Assembly (NCBI RefSeq): GCF_037042905.1
Contig: NC_087263.1
Location: 13,704,001-13,768,000 of the forward strand
Direction: 5' to 3'
Length of the DNA: 64,000 bases
From: Lytechinus pictus
Lineage: Eukaryota
Positions 12,664 to 23,709 of the stretch are shown here, piece by piece. The notes beneath the pieces are model-generated. The model had not been told where the DNA came from and searched no databases. It saw nothing but the letters and a program-made list of their open reading frames with translations. The first letter of the stretch is position 1. Each line of letters opens with the position of its first letter. A program made the translations under genes and the position numbers.

Positions 12664-12982
12664 AATCAGGACGAGTGTCGAAAACTTACAAAAAACATCT
12701 AAGTTATGTCCCTTCCTGGAGGCAGGTAATATCGAATCATTGTTTAATAACGTCAACGCATAAAACCTTCCGTTTGCCTTTATTGACGTAGCTATCGTTT
12801 GATTTTCGGTATATCTATAAACGATTGTTTTCCAATCCTGATACTCCCACAAGTTCTCATCGAGATACAAGGTCTTTGGCCAATAGAGCACATCTCCTTA
12901 CTGTCAGAAAAGAGGTTCTTCCAAGAGAATACTGCGTTTCTACATGTAACGGAAGACAGATGCACTAGATCTTACCCCAAGC
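12664..12982 (+). repeat. Copy of sushi-gene intron 950-1268 inside the LTR element
   Basis: Long near-identical match, also visible as the shared spurious ORFs MLYWPKTLYLD... and MIFGISINDCF... Confidence 0.9.
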
Positions 12983-13315
12983 TGGCAAAATTCTGGCAAA
13001 TTAACTAAAACTCTGGCAAACAAAATTATGCCATTGAAAATTACACATTAAAAAACTCAGGCAAAAGTTTTATGCAACGGGCCCCTGGTATCCACATCCA
13101 TAAAATCAACAACACTCATAACTGGCAAAATCACTCACCCAAAATACATCAACTCAAAAGACATATCCGAATCAAGCGATGAAACTCCCGTTAGTCCGTT
13201 CCTCACAATCACATGGTAGAATTGGGAGTCAAATCATAATAAAACATAATGTTCACATCAGTAATGGTCACTATCCAACACATGGATGTCTCTGTTGCTA
13301 TTAACCTTTGGAAAG

Positions 13316-15618
13316 CTAGCCGAGCAGAAATGGAATTAAGTGAATAATGTCCTTATACCACTGATAGTCAGGCAATGAAGGTCTAGTCTGCGAAGCTCTG
13401 CTACTGGTAGAGACAGACCAGCAGGACCATATGCTCCGGGACATAGCTTGGGGCCGGTCAGGCGGACGAGTAAGATTACTTTCTTCTGGCGTGGACAGAC
13501 CAGCAGGACCATGCCCTGGGATAGCATGGGGCTGATCTGGAGGGCGAGTATGGCATGCGACATCAGTCCAGATGGAATGAACATGGGTATTTATAGCGAT
13601 TGAGATGCTAGCCGAGTACGGACATTCAGTTGGAGGTGACGCATGCATGGTGAACGACTGGAAGTTCTGTGAGATCAACCCATCCGCGGCACATGGTACC
13701 CGCGCTGGATGGATGACTTGCGCAGTAGAGCTACCGCTGCTGACGTTAGCCGGGCACGGAGGCATAGCAGTTACCACGGAGTTTGCTCTATAGCGGTTAC
13801 TTGCGTCAAAGGGAAACACCGAATCGGCCGATGGTGTAACGGACACGGTATCAACACTTCCGGAAGTGTCAAACCTCTGATCAAGAGGCAGCACGGTACC
13901 TCCAAGGTCAACGACACGGTTGCTACCAATGCAGCGATCCATTAGCATATCGAGTGATATGTTAGGCAAAATTGTCTCATCAGGCGAAGTCAAGTTAGGC
14001 AAAATTGTCACATCCGGCAAAGTCAGGGTAGGCGAAACTGTCACTTCAGGCAAAGACAAGTTAGGCAAAATTGTTACATCAGGCAAAGTCAAGTTAGGTG
14101 AAATTGACACATCTGACAAAGAGCAATGACCATAGTTCTGACTAGGATCCAAATCAAGGGACTCTGTAAAACTGGAGGTCACATTGGATTGGCAACAATC
14201 CCAAATTACCAAAGACTGACAATCATCGGCAGGAAGTGGAATGCAACTCGATCCACTCGGAGTAGTAAAGGTAACATTGCCATGCCAACAATTAATGCAA
14301 TGGAGTGAAGAAGTTCTGAAATCACTCAAACATTAAACTGGAGGAGAACATGAACTGCTTTCATGAGTGCATGTACTTGTACACTCTTGGAACAAGGAGG
14401 GCACATTGGCATCGGTATCCTGACCAATTACATCACTAACATTAGAACCTACAATATCTTTCCTCGCTTCTTTTACGTCTTTCATGTGACCAATAAGTAC
14501 AACATATCCATTAGCTTTATTAACCACACCAGCATTAGCTTCATATCCATTTTCCTCATTCCATTGTTTCACATCACATTGGTCACTTTCAAAAACCAGA
14601 CCATCGCTAGTTGCAAACTCAACCTCTTCATTCCATCCTTTCATGTCAGCACTGTATGTTATATTCACCTCACCATCACTAGTCTATAGCTATCCATCTG
14701 CAATATATTGTTTCACATTAACTATGTTAGAGTCATTACCTCCACCATCACTACTCTCGTAACCATCATCTACATTGCATGGTTTCATTTCATCTTCGTA
14801 AGTTTCATGCACCACACCATTACTAGTCTCATCTCTTCGGTCTTCATTCCGAGATTTACAATCATTACTTTTAGATTCATTCATCTCACTATCACTTATA
14901 TCATATCCATCATCTTCTTTGTGTATGTTAGTGTTTACTGGTGTGACCATAATCCCTAATGTATCATGATTATCGATCCCATGACTATCATCCATTTCAC
15001 TCTCATTCATCTCGCATTCCCCATCATTTGAAATGTGATCGGTGTGTATGCCAGCGAGATCAACATCATACAAACAAGGCGGAGCTGGTCTAGATGACAA
15101 ACCTTAGCAGAAAGCAGCACCGTCTCTAAACGTGATCAACTGCTTGGAGGGGCGAACCGAAATATCGTTCTGCTCCATGAACGGAGCCCCAGCAACAATG
15201 CTACAAGAACCTCTCAAGTACGGCTCAAGTAATCATCTTGGACTACCACACCATCAAACCAAAGTTCACAACCATCGTAAAATAACGTGAACTGAGTCAC
15301 ACCTACAATGCGAGTCTGATCGACGAGACTAACAATGGACACATCAAAAAAATAATCATCAAATACAAAATCCTCAACAAGAATCTCCACACCGATATCA
15401 TCTGCACCAGATTCAGAGATTAAATTGAGCTGCGATCCGCTCTTCAATTCAACATTAATCCGCGAATTATCTATTGTGCGGGCACAAAAACAAGGTTTAT
15501 TCAATATCTGCCTGCTAGCAGAAAACTGCCGCAGCCCTGGTTGCGACGACCTGCTAGCCGAACGCCAGCTCGACGCATCGTGAACGGCTGCCGCGGGGGT
15601 CAACGCGGCCCTGACCAT
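13316..15618 (-). pseudogene. Decayed single ORF (about 760 codons) of the LTR element: retropepsin-like domain plus acidic/low-complexity region
   Basis: ORFs 14690-15100, 14333-14668 and 13316-14329 share one frame, separated by single stops. The 15214-15678 ORF joins that frame once an 11-bp insertion is removed, giving ...ESGA...FDGVVVQDDYLRGSCSIVAGAPFMEQNDISVRPSKQLITF. Confidence 0.7.
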
Positions 15619-15766
15619 AGTATATGTGGGACTACACAAATTTATATTCGGGAAGAAACCCAACCTCTCGTCTACCACCGATAGAACACGGCGTGCCTAG
15701 CCCCAATTTATAGGGTTAAATTAACTTGGGAAGGCTTATTTATACTCGATGGGTGGATACAATCCA

Positions 15767-15776
15767 GCTGCCACCA
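15767..15776 (-). promoter_or_regulatory. Primer-binding site, complementary to a tRNA-Leu-type 3' end
   Basis: TGGTGGCAGC directly after the 5' LTR pairs with ...GCUGCCACCA-3'. Confidence 0.7.
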
Positions 15777-15954
15777 CGCCATGGGTTAATAAGGCACAAC
15801 TTAATATAAATGAAGTAAATAAACTAGACAACTTTGAGGATACGTGTAACTGTCTTTAATAACCATGGCCAAGAGACCAACACTAGATGGCGCGCTTACA
15901 ATTTGCGCTTGCAACATTGAATCATCATTATAATACTAAAACAACATACTGGCG
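15777..15954 (-). repeat. 5' LTR
   Basis: CGCCATGGG...CATACTGGCG, with terminal inverted CGCCA/TGGCG. Confidence 0.9.
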
Positions 15955-16200
15955 CAGAGTCGTTGATTCGAATCCCAGCCATGGCGTTATTTCCTTCATC
16001 AAGAAATTGATGGTCACTGTGCTGCGCTCAATTTAGTTGAGGTAAATGGGTACCTGGCAGCGATTTATTCCTTGAAACGCTTGAGCGCGTAACAGTAAAC
16101 CTGTGCTTAAACCAGGTTAATTTATTATGCTCCATTTATTGTATAGCGCTTGGAGGCTTAAAGAGATAATAGACGCTATGTAATCGAGTACAATTATTAT
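15955..16200 (+). mobile_element. 3' part of the same SINE (B box and body)
   Basis: CAGAGTCGTTGATTCGAATCCCAGCCATGGCG...GAGGTAAATGGGTACCTGGCAG. Confidence 0.75.
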
Positions 16201-16218
16201 CAAATATTAAAAACTTAC

Positions 16219-16314
16219 CACCGTATGAAAGCTTTGGAACAGAGAAGGTCGGGGGAGTTGCATTGCAGTTACACGATTGACCGTTACTGAAACACGCACT
16301 TCCCTGGGCAGGTG
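16219..16314 (-). CDS. 96-nt phase 1-1 exon with three Cys (PAQGSACFSNGQSCNCNATPPTFSVPKLSYG), probable exon 2 of the sushi gene
   Basis: ACAG acceptor at 16315-16318, open frame, G|GTAAGT donor at 16218. Phase matches the signal exon and the sushi exons. Confidence 0.6.
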
Positions 16315-16974
16315 CTGTTATAAATACGTTTAAAGGGAAACAAGAAAGATGTGCTCTGGTTGATTATTTGATGTTTGGCTGCATGGTATGAGCAGCCATT
16401 AAAGTAAAAATTAACGTTACATAAACATACAAATAACGGACCTTGCGAAACAAACAAAAACCTCAAAACGATGAAATGTTCATAGCAAAGGGCATTATGA
16501 AATTAAAAACAGGCCGATAGGCCTAATTTCTCAATCACATTTGCTCTACGGCGCGCCGTCCGTACGACGAGTCGGAAACCGCCGTTTTGTTCATTTTTTA
16601 TTCAAACTACCTATATGTAGCTGGCACAAATAAATAAAATAAAACGGCTGTTTTCGACTCGCCGCACGGCCGCCGTAGAGCATGTGACTGAGGTATTACT
16701 CATAAACAAAGGGCAAACTTAAATAAAGAAAATACGGATAATAAATGTCTATGAAAAACAAACAAAGACGAATTTAAAAATAAACAAAATACATTAAGAA
16801 ATGGACGATCAGAAAAAGTCGTCTCTGAGAATTTTTTGTGTCGTTTTGTTAATTTATAATTCATTCAGTTATTGAAACAATGACAGTTGGACCATTAACA
16901 ATATGTATATATAAATATATATATATATGTATATATACGGTCAATCGGATTGGGGTCGCCCGAGCCACTAACCC

Positions 16975-17046
16975 GTCTCTGTGGTCTAGTGGTTAAGGCA
17001 CCGGCGTTCAAAGCTGGGGGCCCGGGTTCGATTCCCGGCAGAGACA
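16975..17046 (+). tRNA. tRNA-like cloverleaf with TCA anticodon (suppressor-like or repeat-derived)
   Basis: Acceptor GTCTCTG/CAGAGAC, D stem GTCT/AGGC, anticodon stem CCGGC/GCTGG with loop GTTCAAA, T arm CCGGG-TTCGATT-CCCGG, T6 terminator at 17047-17052. Confidence 0.6.
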
Positions 17047-17338
17047 TTTTTTCGGCATCACCAATTTTTCCAAAGGGTAGATAGCTCTGGGGAACCTTGA
17101 TTTAAGCTACGCCTACCATTGTTCTCTTCATTCATTTCTTTACAATATTTAAAATAAAAGAGTTGCCAAAGCTGTTGTACATGTATAACTTCACACATTT
17201 ATATATGTATATATATATATATATAATATGGAAGTTCAATTTCATTGTATTCCATTCTTAGTTTATCAGATGGAACTCAATATGATCTTATAGCACAAAG
17301 TAATGATATAGGCTCTCTCAAAATAATAATATATAGCA

Positions 17339-17504
17339 CACTTTAAAAGATGAATCGCTGATTTAGCACTTACAGTGCTTGTATAGTGACTGCACTACGA
17401 GTGCTGATTTTCTAGTTCAAATTTAAACCAGAAAATTAGCACTCGTAGTGCAATCAGTATACAAGCAATGTAAGTGCTAAATTAGCACTTCATTTTTTAC
17501 AGTG
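17339..17504. mobile_element. Hairpin MITE with CACT termini and 2-bp CA TSD
   Basis: Almost fully palindromic 166 bp, CACTTTAAAA...TTTTACAGTG. Confidence 0.75.
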
Positions 17505-17834
17505 CACATAATTATATACATATGTCAAAAAGGTCTATTGCTTTAATATTTAAATGCGTGTGTGAATAGATTGTGGGTTTGTGTATCATTGTTCAAGGGC
17601 GGAAATCTCTCCCCAAAAGTAGGGGACTGGGGGCTGGAAAATTTGACAAGCAAAAAAATACAAATAGGGTAATCACCCAAAAAGTAAGGTCATCTCATCC
17701 AAAATACATGTTTTTTCGATTTTGATTTATGTATTTCTTTCCATCACAAATGTGTCCCCCACCTATTTTGGGTAGGGGGGACGCGTCTCCCCTGTCATCC
17801 CTGGGATTTCCGCCCATGTTATTGTGTAACTTAC

Positions 17835-17898
17835 AGCTCTGAGAGGTAAGTGCCAGGATCATGGTTATAAAACCAATAAGGGCCCAGTGATTCTCCAT
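17835..17898 (-). CDS. First coding exon (signal peptide) of a multi-sushi/CCP-domain gene
   Basis: ATG at 17898 gives hydrophobic MENHWALIGFITMILALTSQS, ending at phase-1 donor T|GTAAGT (17834). Polypyrimidine-TAG acceptor just upstream (exon start about 17907). Splices in frame to 16314. Confidence 0.65.
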
Positions 17899-20155
17899 TC
17901 CTTTAATCTATAGCAGGATAGCAGGTAAAATAAAAGAAAAGGAGAAAAATTGTTGACTGCTTTGAATAAAAATCGATTCCACGTCATACCTAATGATATG
18001 AAGTTTGATATGCTAACAAATTGAATCTGGGAAATTAGAAGTAATAAAATAACATATGAACATATCATTTCTACTATAAACCGATGTTGAGAACCTCTCG
18101 ACAGAATTATCAATTCATTGAGAAAGTCTACATGCATTCACGAGTGATCCTTTCCTTCATTTTTTTTAAACCATGACATGCATGTGCTGTTTCCAGTTAT
18201 ACGTTTTAATTTTTTTATCTGTTATCGTCTTGACTGGAATTAAAATAAATAAACAGGGTTGGCTTCTTTTTTTTAATCGGATTTATTTGAATTAAATCAG
18301 ATTTTTTTTATTTAAATAGGATTTTTTTTTGTTAAGCAATATATTTAAAACAAAGTGGAAACACCAAAAATACAACCCTTACACTGAAATCATTTGTCAA
18401 AATCAAACATTTCACTACTGAAATTATTATTAACTTCTATTCTATTTCATAATTAAATTAGTCAAAATAGAATCTATATAAAATATGTAAGTCGTGACGA
18501 AGATGCTATTTCTGCATCCTATCGTGTAGGTATATATTTAGCTCATACTGACTGGTTTGGTCCAAGTTTAGGAACTGCCTTGCTACAGCTGATGCTGCAA
18601 AGTAAGTGTTCCTATTCAAACATGAAATGAGGATCAGTTTCTTTGGAAGAATTCCATGACTCAGAGACTCACATTCTCGACAGAGAAACATTCTTGATTT
18701 TTAAGTCAAGGACTGAAAATCATGTGCTTAATTAAGAAAACTCAATTTTTATTGATATATTTGAGCCATGGTTGGAGGTTTTTTACTGTTTAAAGCATTG
18801 ATTAGCAAAGCTGTGACTTATTGGAAACAGTTGCAAGTTTATTTGAATAATTTATTTTAGTGAAATAAACCTGCAGTTGAACATTGTACAAATATCAGAG
18901 TGAAAGTGGAGTAGGGGGCTAAGTGTTAACCGCTTAATAAGCGCTTATGCAGAATTTGTTCATGTTTTGATGATAAAAAGTTGATAAAATCTTTCTATTT
19001 TGAGTAAAACAAATGCCACAAATAAAAATATTGTCAATCACCTGTACATGTTTCAAAGGAAGTGATTTTAATCAATGATTTAAAAAAATCATATTAAAAG
19101 TGGAGTAGGGGCCTAAGTGTTAAACCGTTTATAGGCTACATTGCAAGATCAACCTGATTTTATTGACATGATTTAACAATGCAATTTAACAGCGTATTTT
19201 CTTCAATATCTTTTCATAGAACGATCATTTCTTCCCCAAATTTTGTCTGAATGTGCAACGTACAAACGGTGTTTCAGAAACAACAATAACTCAAATTTGA
19301 CTGATGTGTCACTTGCGTGTTTTTGCCAAAGTTGGGCAGTATATTAATGTAACCCCCCCCCCCCCCCCCCGGAAAAGGACAAAGCCATTTAGTTGCATTG
19401 TCCCATATGCCCTGGGGCGGCCCTTAAAATCGCGGTTATGAAAGCAAGAGGAACAACAATAACGATTATATCTTTATGAGTGTCAGAGTCGTAGAGATGT
19501 ATTCGGTATAATGCAACCTCACCGTATAATATTTACTATTGCCTTGTATACTACACAATATGTTTATGTGTACTTTCCAGTGGCGGATCCAGGAATTATA
19601 AAAAGGGGGAGCGTTTTGTACAGAAAAAAATAAACAAGCAAAAAAAAAAAAAAAAAAAGGGTTTCACTACAACATTGACAAAATGGAGCTCATTTTGTTC
19701 CAGGAAAAATCAAAAAATTTCACAAGCAACAAACAACCAAAATTATTTTTTTAAATCGTTTAATACCAAATCGGTTATTTTGGTCCTGAAAGAATGTGAC
19801 AGGCCAACAGATAAGTCCTCATTTGCGTGTGCATGATATTCCCCCAAATGTTTGTGCCTCTCAAAAAGGGTCTCTTGGTCTGGGGTAATATCCATCAAAC
19901 ATTGATAAAAAAATATTTCTATTCTGCAAAAGGTTATTCGCATTAGCTGCAATGCTCATACGCCGCCATTCTATATCAGATATTGATCCTTTATTTTTCG
20001 AAACCAAATTGAAAAAAAAAAGGATTTATATTCATTTCAATCAGGTCATATATTGATATTATACTAGTATATAGCATGCAGTCTATGTACCAATATAATA
20101 TCAACAGTTTACCTTTTGTTTTTCATGGCATGTTTCGTAAAAATGAGAACATTCA

Positions 20156-20670
20156 TTAAAGGGATGGTCCGGGCTGAAAGTATTTGAGGCTTAATAAATA
20201 GAGTAGAATTCACTTGGAAAATGCCGAAAATTTCATCAAAATCGGATAACAAATAAAAAAGTTATTGAATTTTAAAGTTTAGCAATATTTTGTGAAAACA
20301 GTCGTCATGAATATTCATTAGGTAGGCTGATGAAGCCACATCCCCACTTGTTCTTTTGTATTTTATTATATGAAATTTTTTTCCTCCAAAGAACTAGAAA
20401 AATTGGATTGACAAGTGATTTAGTGCATTAGATATTTATTGCTGCAACTTATTTCTTTATAAGGGAGAAATATTATTCACACAAGTATGAACAAATGAAA
20501 AAATTATGATCTTATGTACTAACATAAGAAAACGGAAAGTGGAGATGTGACATCATCAGCCCTCGTAATGAATATTCATGATGACTGTTCTCACAAAATA
20601 TTGCTAAACTTTAAACTTCAATAACTTTATTATTTGTTACCCGATTTTGATGAAATTTTCGGCATTTCCG
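20156..20670. mobile_element. TTAA (Kolobok-like) MITE, right end lost
   Basis: TTAAAGGGATGGTCCGGGCTGAAA; same family as 42495-43105. Confidence 0.7.
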
Positions 20671-21310
20671 CTTTTTAGGACATTCAAAGTCATAAATACA
20701 TTCTTTTTTAATGGCCCTAAATTTTTGGTATTCCCTTTGACTTGAAAAATTCCCACTCCTCTTTACACTTCCTTATTGAAATCCTACAATCTAATCTAAA
20801 AATACATCATCACATGTTCACAACTGCTGTTTTCTTTTCCTTCTAATTTTGAGCGCTTCTTTTGTTATTTGTAATTCGTATGCAGTACTCATTCATTCCT
20901 CACACCACTATCTCTCTCCCTCTCATTCACCCTCTTTCATTCCAGTTTTGTTATATTCCTAAGTTTTTCCGTAATTTTCGTATATCTTGGTTATTTTAGG
21001 TTCTATTTGTTATAAAAACTGGGGACTTTTTTATTCTTACCTGTTTACATCAAAATTTTGTTCCTATCCGTCATACTTTGAGGAGCTCACAATTATTGTA
21101 TACAAGCTTTGCTTTCCAGTGGGATCATCCATTTTGAATTTGCAAATTATAAATAATATAAATAATCCTTTGTTCCTTTTTTTTTGGTTACATGTATATT
21201 TTAAGTTGCTTTAAAAACCTTGGTATACTGTTTATGACATTGACTTGTGATTGCTTTTAATTGGTTTATATTTTGTTGAAAATTCAATTAATGAAATGAA
21301 ATGAAATAAA
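20670..21310 (+). mobile_element. LINE 3' fragment with (GAAAT)n tail
   Basis: Degenerate ORF2 end, ACAAGCTTTGCTTT 3' UTR motif, short tandem tail. Confidence 0.5.
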
Positions 21311-21325
21311 GGGGGGCACGGGCAT

Positions 21326-21606
21326 GGGCCTTGTTTGACAAAGAGTTACGATTGATCCGATCAATTGTAACTCTATGGAAATCCATCAGTGTCATAATTT
21401 TTTCTACCGGAAATTTGCAAAATGTCCTTTTATTATTTGTAATCAAAGGAGAACACTCCGAATTGTCAAGAAATCAGTGAATTTATGGATATGGATTCAT
21501 ATCTAGAATTTTTTTTGAACAAACATGCATTTCATATGTTGACTTTGCTGGCTTTCCATAGTTGCGATTGATTGGATCAATCGTAACTCTTTGTACAACG
21601 GGGCCC
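21326..21606. mobile_element. MITE with long TIRs and GGGCC termini
   Basis: ACAAAGAGTTACGATTGATCC...GGATCAATCGTAACTCTTTGT. Confidence 0.75.
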
Positions 21607-22267
21607 GGGTGTACCCCAGCCTACCTGGATTCGCTACTAGTAATTTCATAGTTGTATACATTTCAAGACTTAGGAACGATTTTTAATAAGGTGCTGGTTT
21701 GAAAGAAAAAAAAAGAAAAAGTAAAAAAGCAACAACAAAAAAGATGATGAAGTTTTCACTACATAATGAAGGTGCTTTTGGTTAAATAACTTCTTTTTAG
21801 CACACCTACCTGATTTCCAGGAGATGCTGCCTATGGTATACATGACACACACAGCACCCCCTAGGAAAATTCTGGGGGGGTTTCCCCCCGATTCCCAGGG
21901 CCACCCTTTTCCCGTTTAATCGTATTCAGCAGTTTCCAATTGCCTTTTTATTTCCTTTATCTTAACAACGAAGTTACTTTTTCTTGAAATTCAATTTTGA
22001 TCTTTTATTGGATTGTATTTTTAATGTTTCTTATGTATCTGTTGTTTTAGTGTATGCATTTTGATTAATGTATTCATTCTTTGTAAATATTGTACATATT
22101 AATTTTTATCTCAGGGCCCTCGAGGATAGCAGTTTGTTAACTGATGAGGCCACCCTGATTAAATAAAACTGAAAATAAATAAATGATGCAATTAACATTA
22201 ACAATGGTTTGACCCATACACGTGCGTAATTATGACCATGAATGAGTAGATGTTACAAGCAATATTA

Positions 22268-22506
22268 CACTGTAAAAACTGTGGTGTTAAAACTGACACC
22301 AATTGGTGTTAATAGAGGACCACACCCTGAGGTGTTAAAATAACACCCTTGAGATTGAACATAACACCAAAGGGTGTAAATGTAACAACCATAGGTGTTG
22401 TAATAGCACCTATAGGTGTAAAACTAACACCACAAATTTAACACCGGTGTAAAATAACTGGTGTGTTCCTCTTTGTACACCGGTTAACACCACAGTTTTT
22501 GCTGTG
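22268..22506. mobile_element. CACTG-terminal MITE, TA TSD
   Basis: TA-CACTGTAAAAACTGTGGTGTTAA...TTAACACCACAGTTTTTGCTGTG-TA. Confidence 0.75.
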
Positions 22507-22759
22507 TACATTTATAATAAAAAAAGAAATAAATTCATTGAAAGCAGACTCATGCTTGCAGTGAAATAGGAGAGGTGGAGTAATCCAGTAGTTCGATCGA
22601 GTATTAAATGGAACTATTTCGAAACCTTTTAGTCTAACATCTTAATTGTTCTCTTGTTTGAGATCAGTCTTTCACCAAAATTCAGAGAAGTTCCGCCTGA
22701 CTTATTAATCTTCTCGTCTACTTCATCTTCCCCTTCTCACTCTTTGTTCGTCGTCATCG

Positions 22760-22960
22760 TTTTTCTTCTTCTTCTTGTTCTTCTTCTCTTTTTCTTCTTT
22801 TTTTCTCTTCTTCTTCTTCTTCCTCCTCCTCTTCTTCTTCTTCTTCTTCTTTTTCTTCTTCTTCGTCTACCTTGTCAATCATCGTTCGTAGTCTTCTTTT
22901 TCTTCTTCTTCTCATCCTTCTCCTCTGTCTCCTCCTTTTTCTTCATCATCAACTTCTTCG
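22760..22960. repeat. Imperfect (CTT)n microsatellite
   Basis: Seen directly. Confidence 0.9.
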
Positions 22961-23709
22961 CTTTTACTTACTCTAAATATTATGTTGGCTACTTACCTCT
23001 AAATAATTTCCAACAATATCCGTGAAACAGCTTGATCCACTTAACCATGAATCTCTTCCTCATTTTACAGAAATGAAAAGGTATCAATAATGGTCCAGCC
23101 ACTTCGCCGTATACGTAACCACTATTTCACAGCAGCACCAATTTTTTTAACACACCTTTTTCACTTCCTACGGGTGTGTCAGTACACCGACCCTGTATCC
23201 ATTTATGAGTTATGTTTATGAATGTTAACGTGAATCTATTCTTGAGTACACAACTACACTTGGCAAAGAGACTAATGTATTATTATGTTCCGTGCTAGCT
23301 ATAGGATGATTATTCATACCACATACTTATTCAGAAAAAGGGACCATAATCTGAATGAGTGGATCGCCCGATAAATTGGAACCAAGAATTTTGGGGGAAG
23401 TTTCATGAATAGAAATTCAGCACTGTGCACTGATATGGGTGAATATTCCACTATTGTCAGATTGTAGATCAGCAATAAAAGAGTTTTCTTTGATGGGGAT
23501 TTCCCCGTCTAGCAGTGCGTCAGATTTTCATATCGGCCTACATGATATAACATGCAATTTGGAAAATCAAGCGCGCAAATTAGGGGTATGGGACCAGGGC
23601 ATGGCATAATTATATACAGAGCATCACAGAAGTAGAAAAACCGGAATTCAGTGTAATATTATGCCATCATAATCATAAATTTCCTTCATGATATGTAGAT
23701 CAATGAAGC

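Larger units (their letters stand above)
11346..15954 (-). mobile_element. Non-autonomous Gypsy-like LTR retrotransposon with CG..CG termini and 3-bp TSD (Troyka-like)
   Basis: Two 178-bp direct repeats (11346-11523, 15777-15954), CAG on both flanks, PBS TGGTGGCAGC abutting the 5' LTR, purine tract before the 3' LTR, decayed protease-like ORF; no RT or integrase motif seen. Confidence 0.85.

Noticed and set aside
22100..22165. CTGATGA within a hairpin, possible hammerhead
   Set aside because: No GAAA core in the right place; looks like a LINE 3' stem-loop before an AATAAA tail.
22654..23025. Leu/Phe-rich 123-aa ORF
   Set aside because: Product of a (CTT)n microsatellite.
22991..23100. Possible 5' UTR exon of the sushi gene (minus-strand AG|GTAAGT)
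   Set aside because: Only a donor-like motif; cannot be supported without transcripts.
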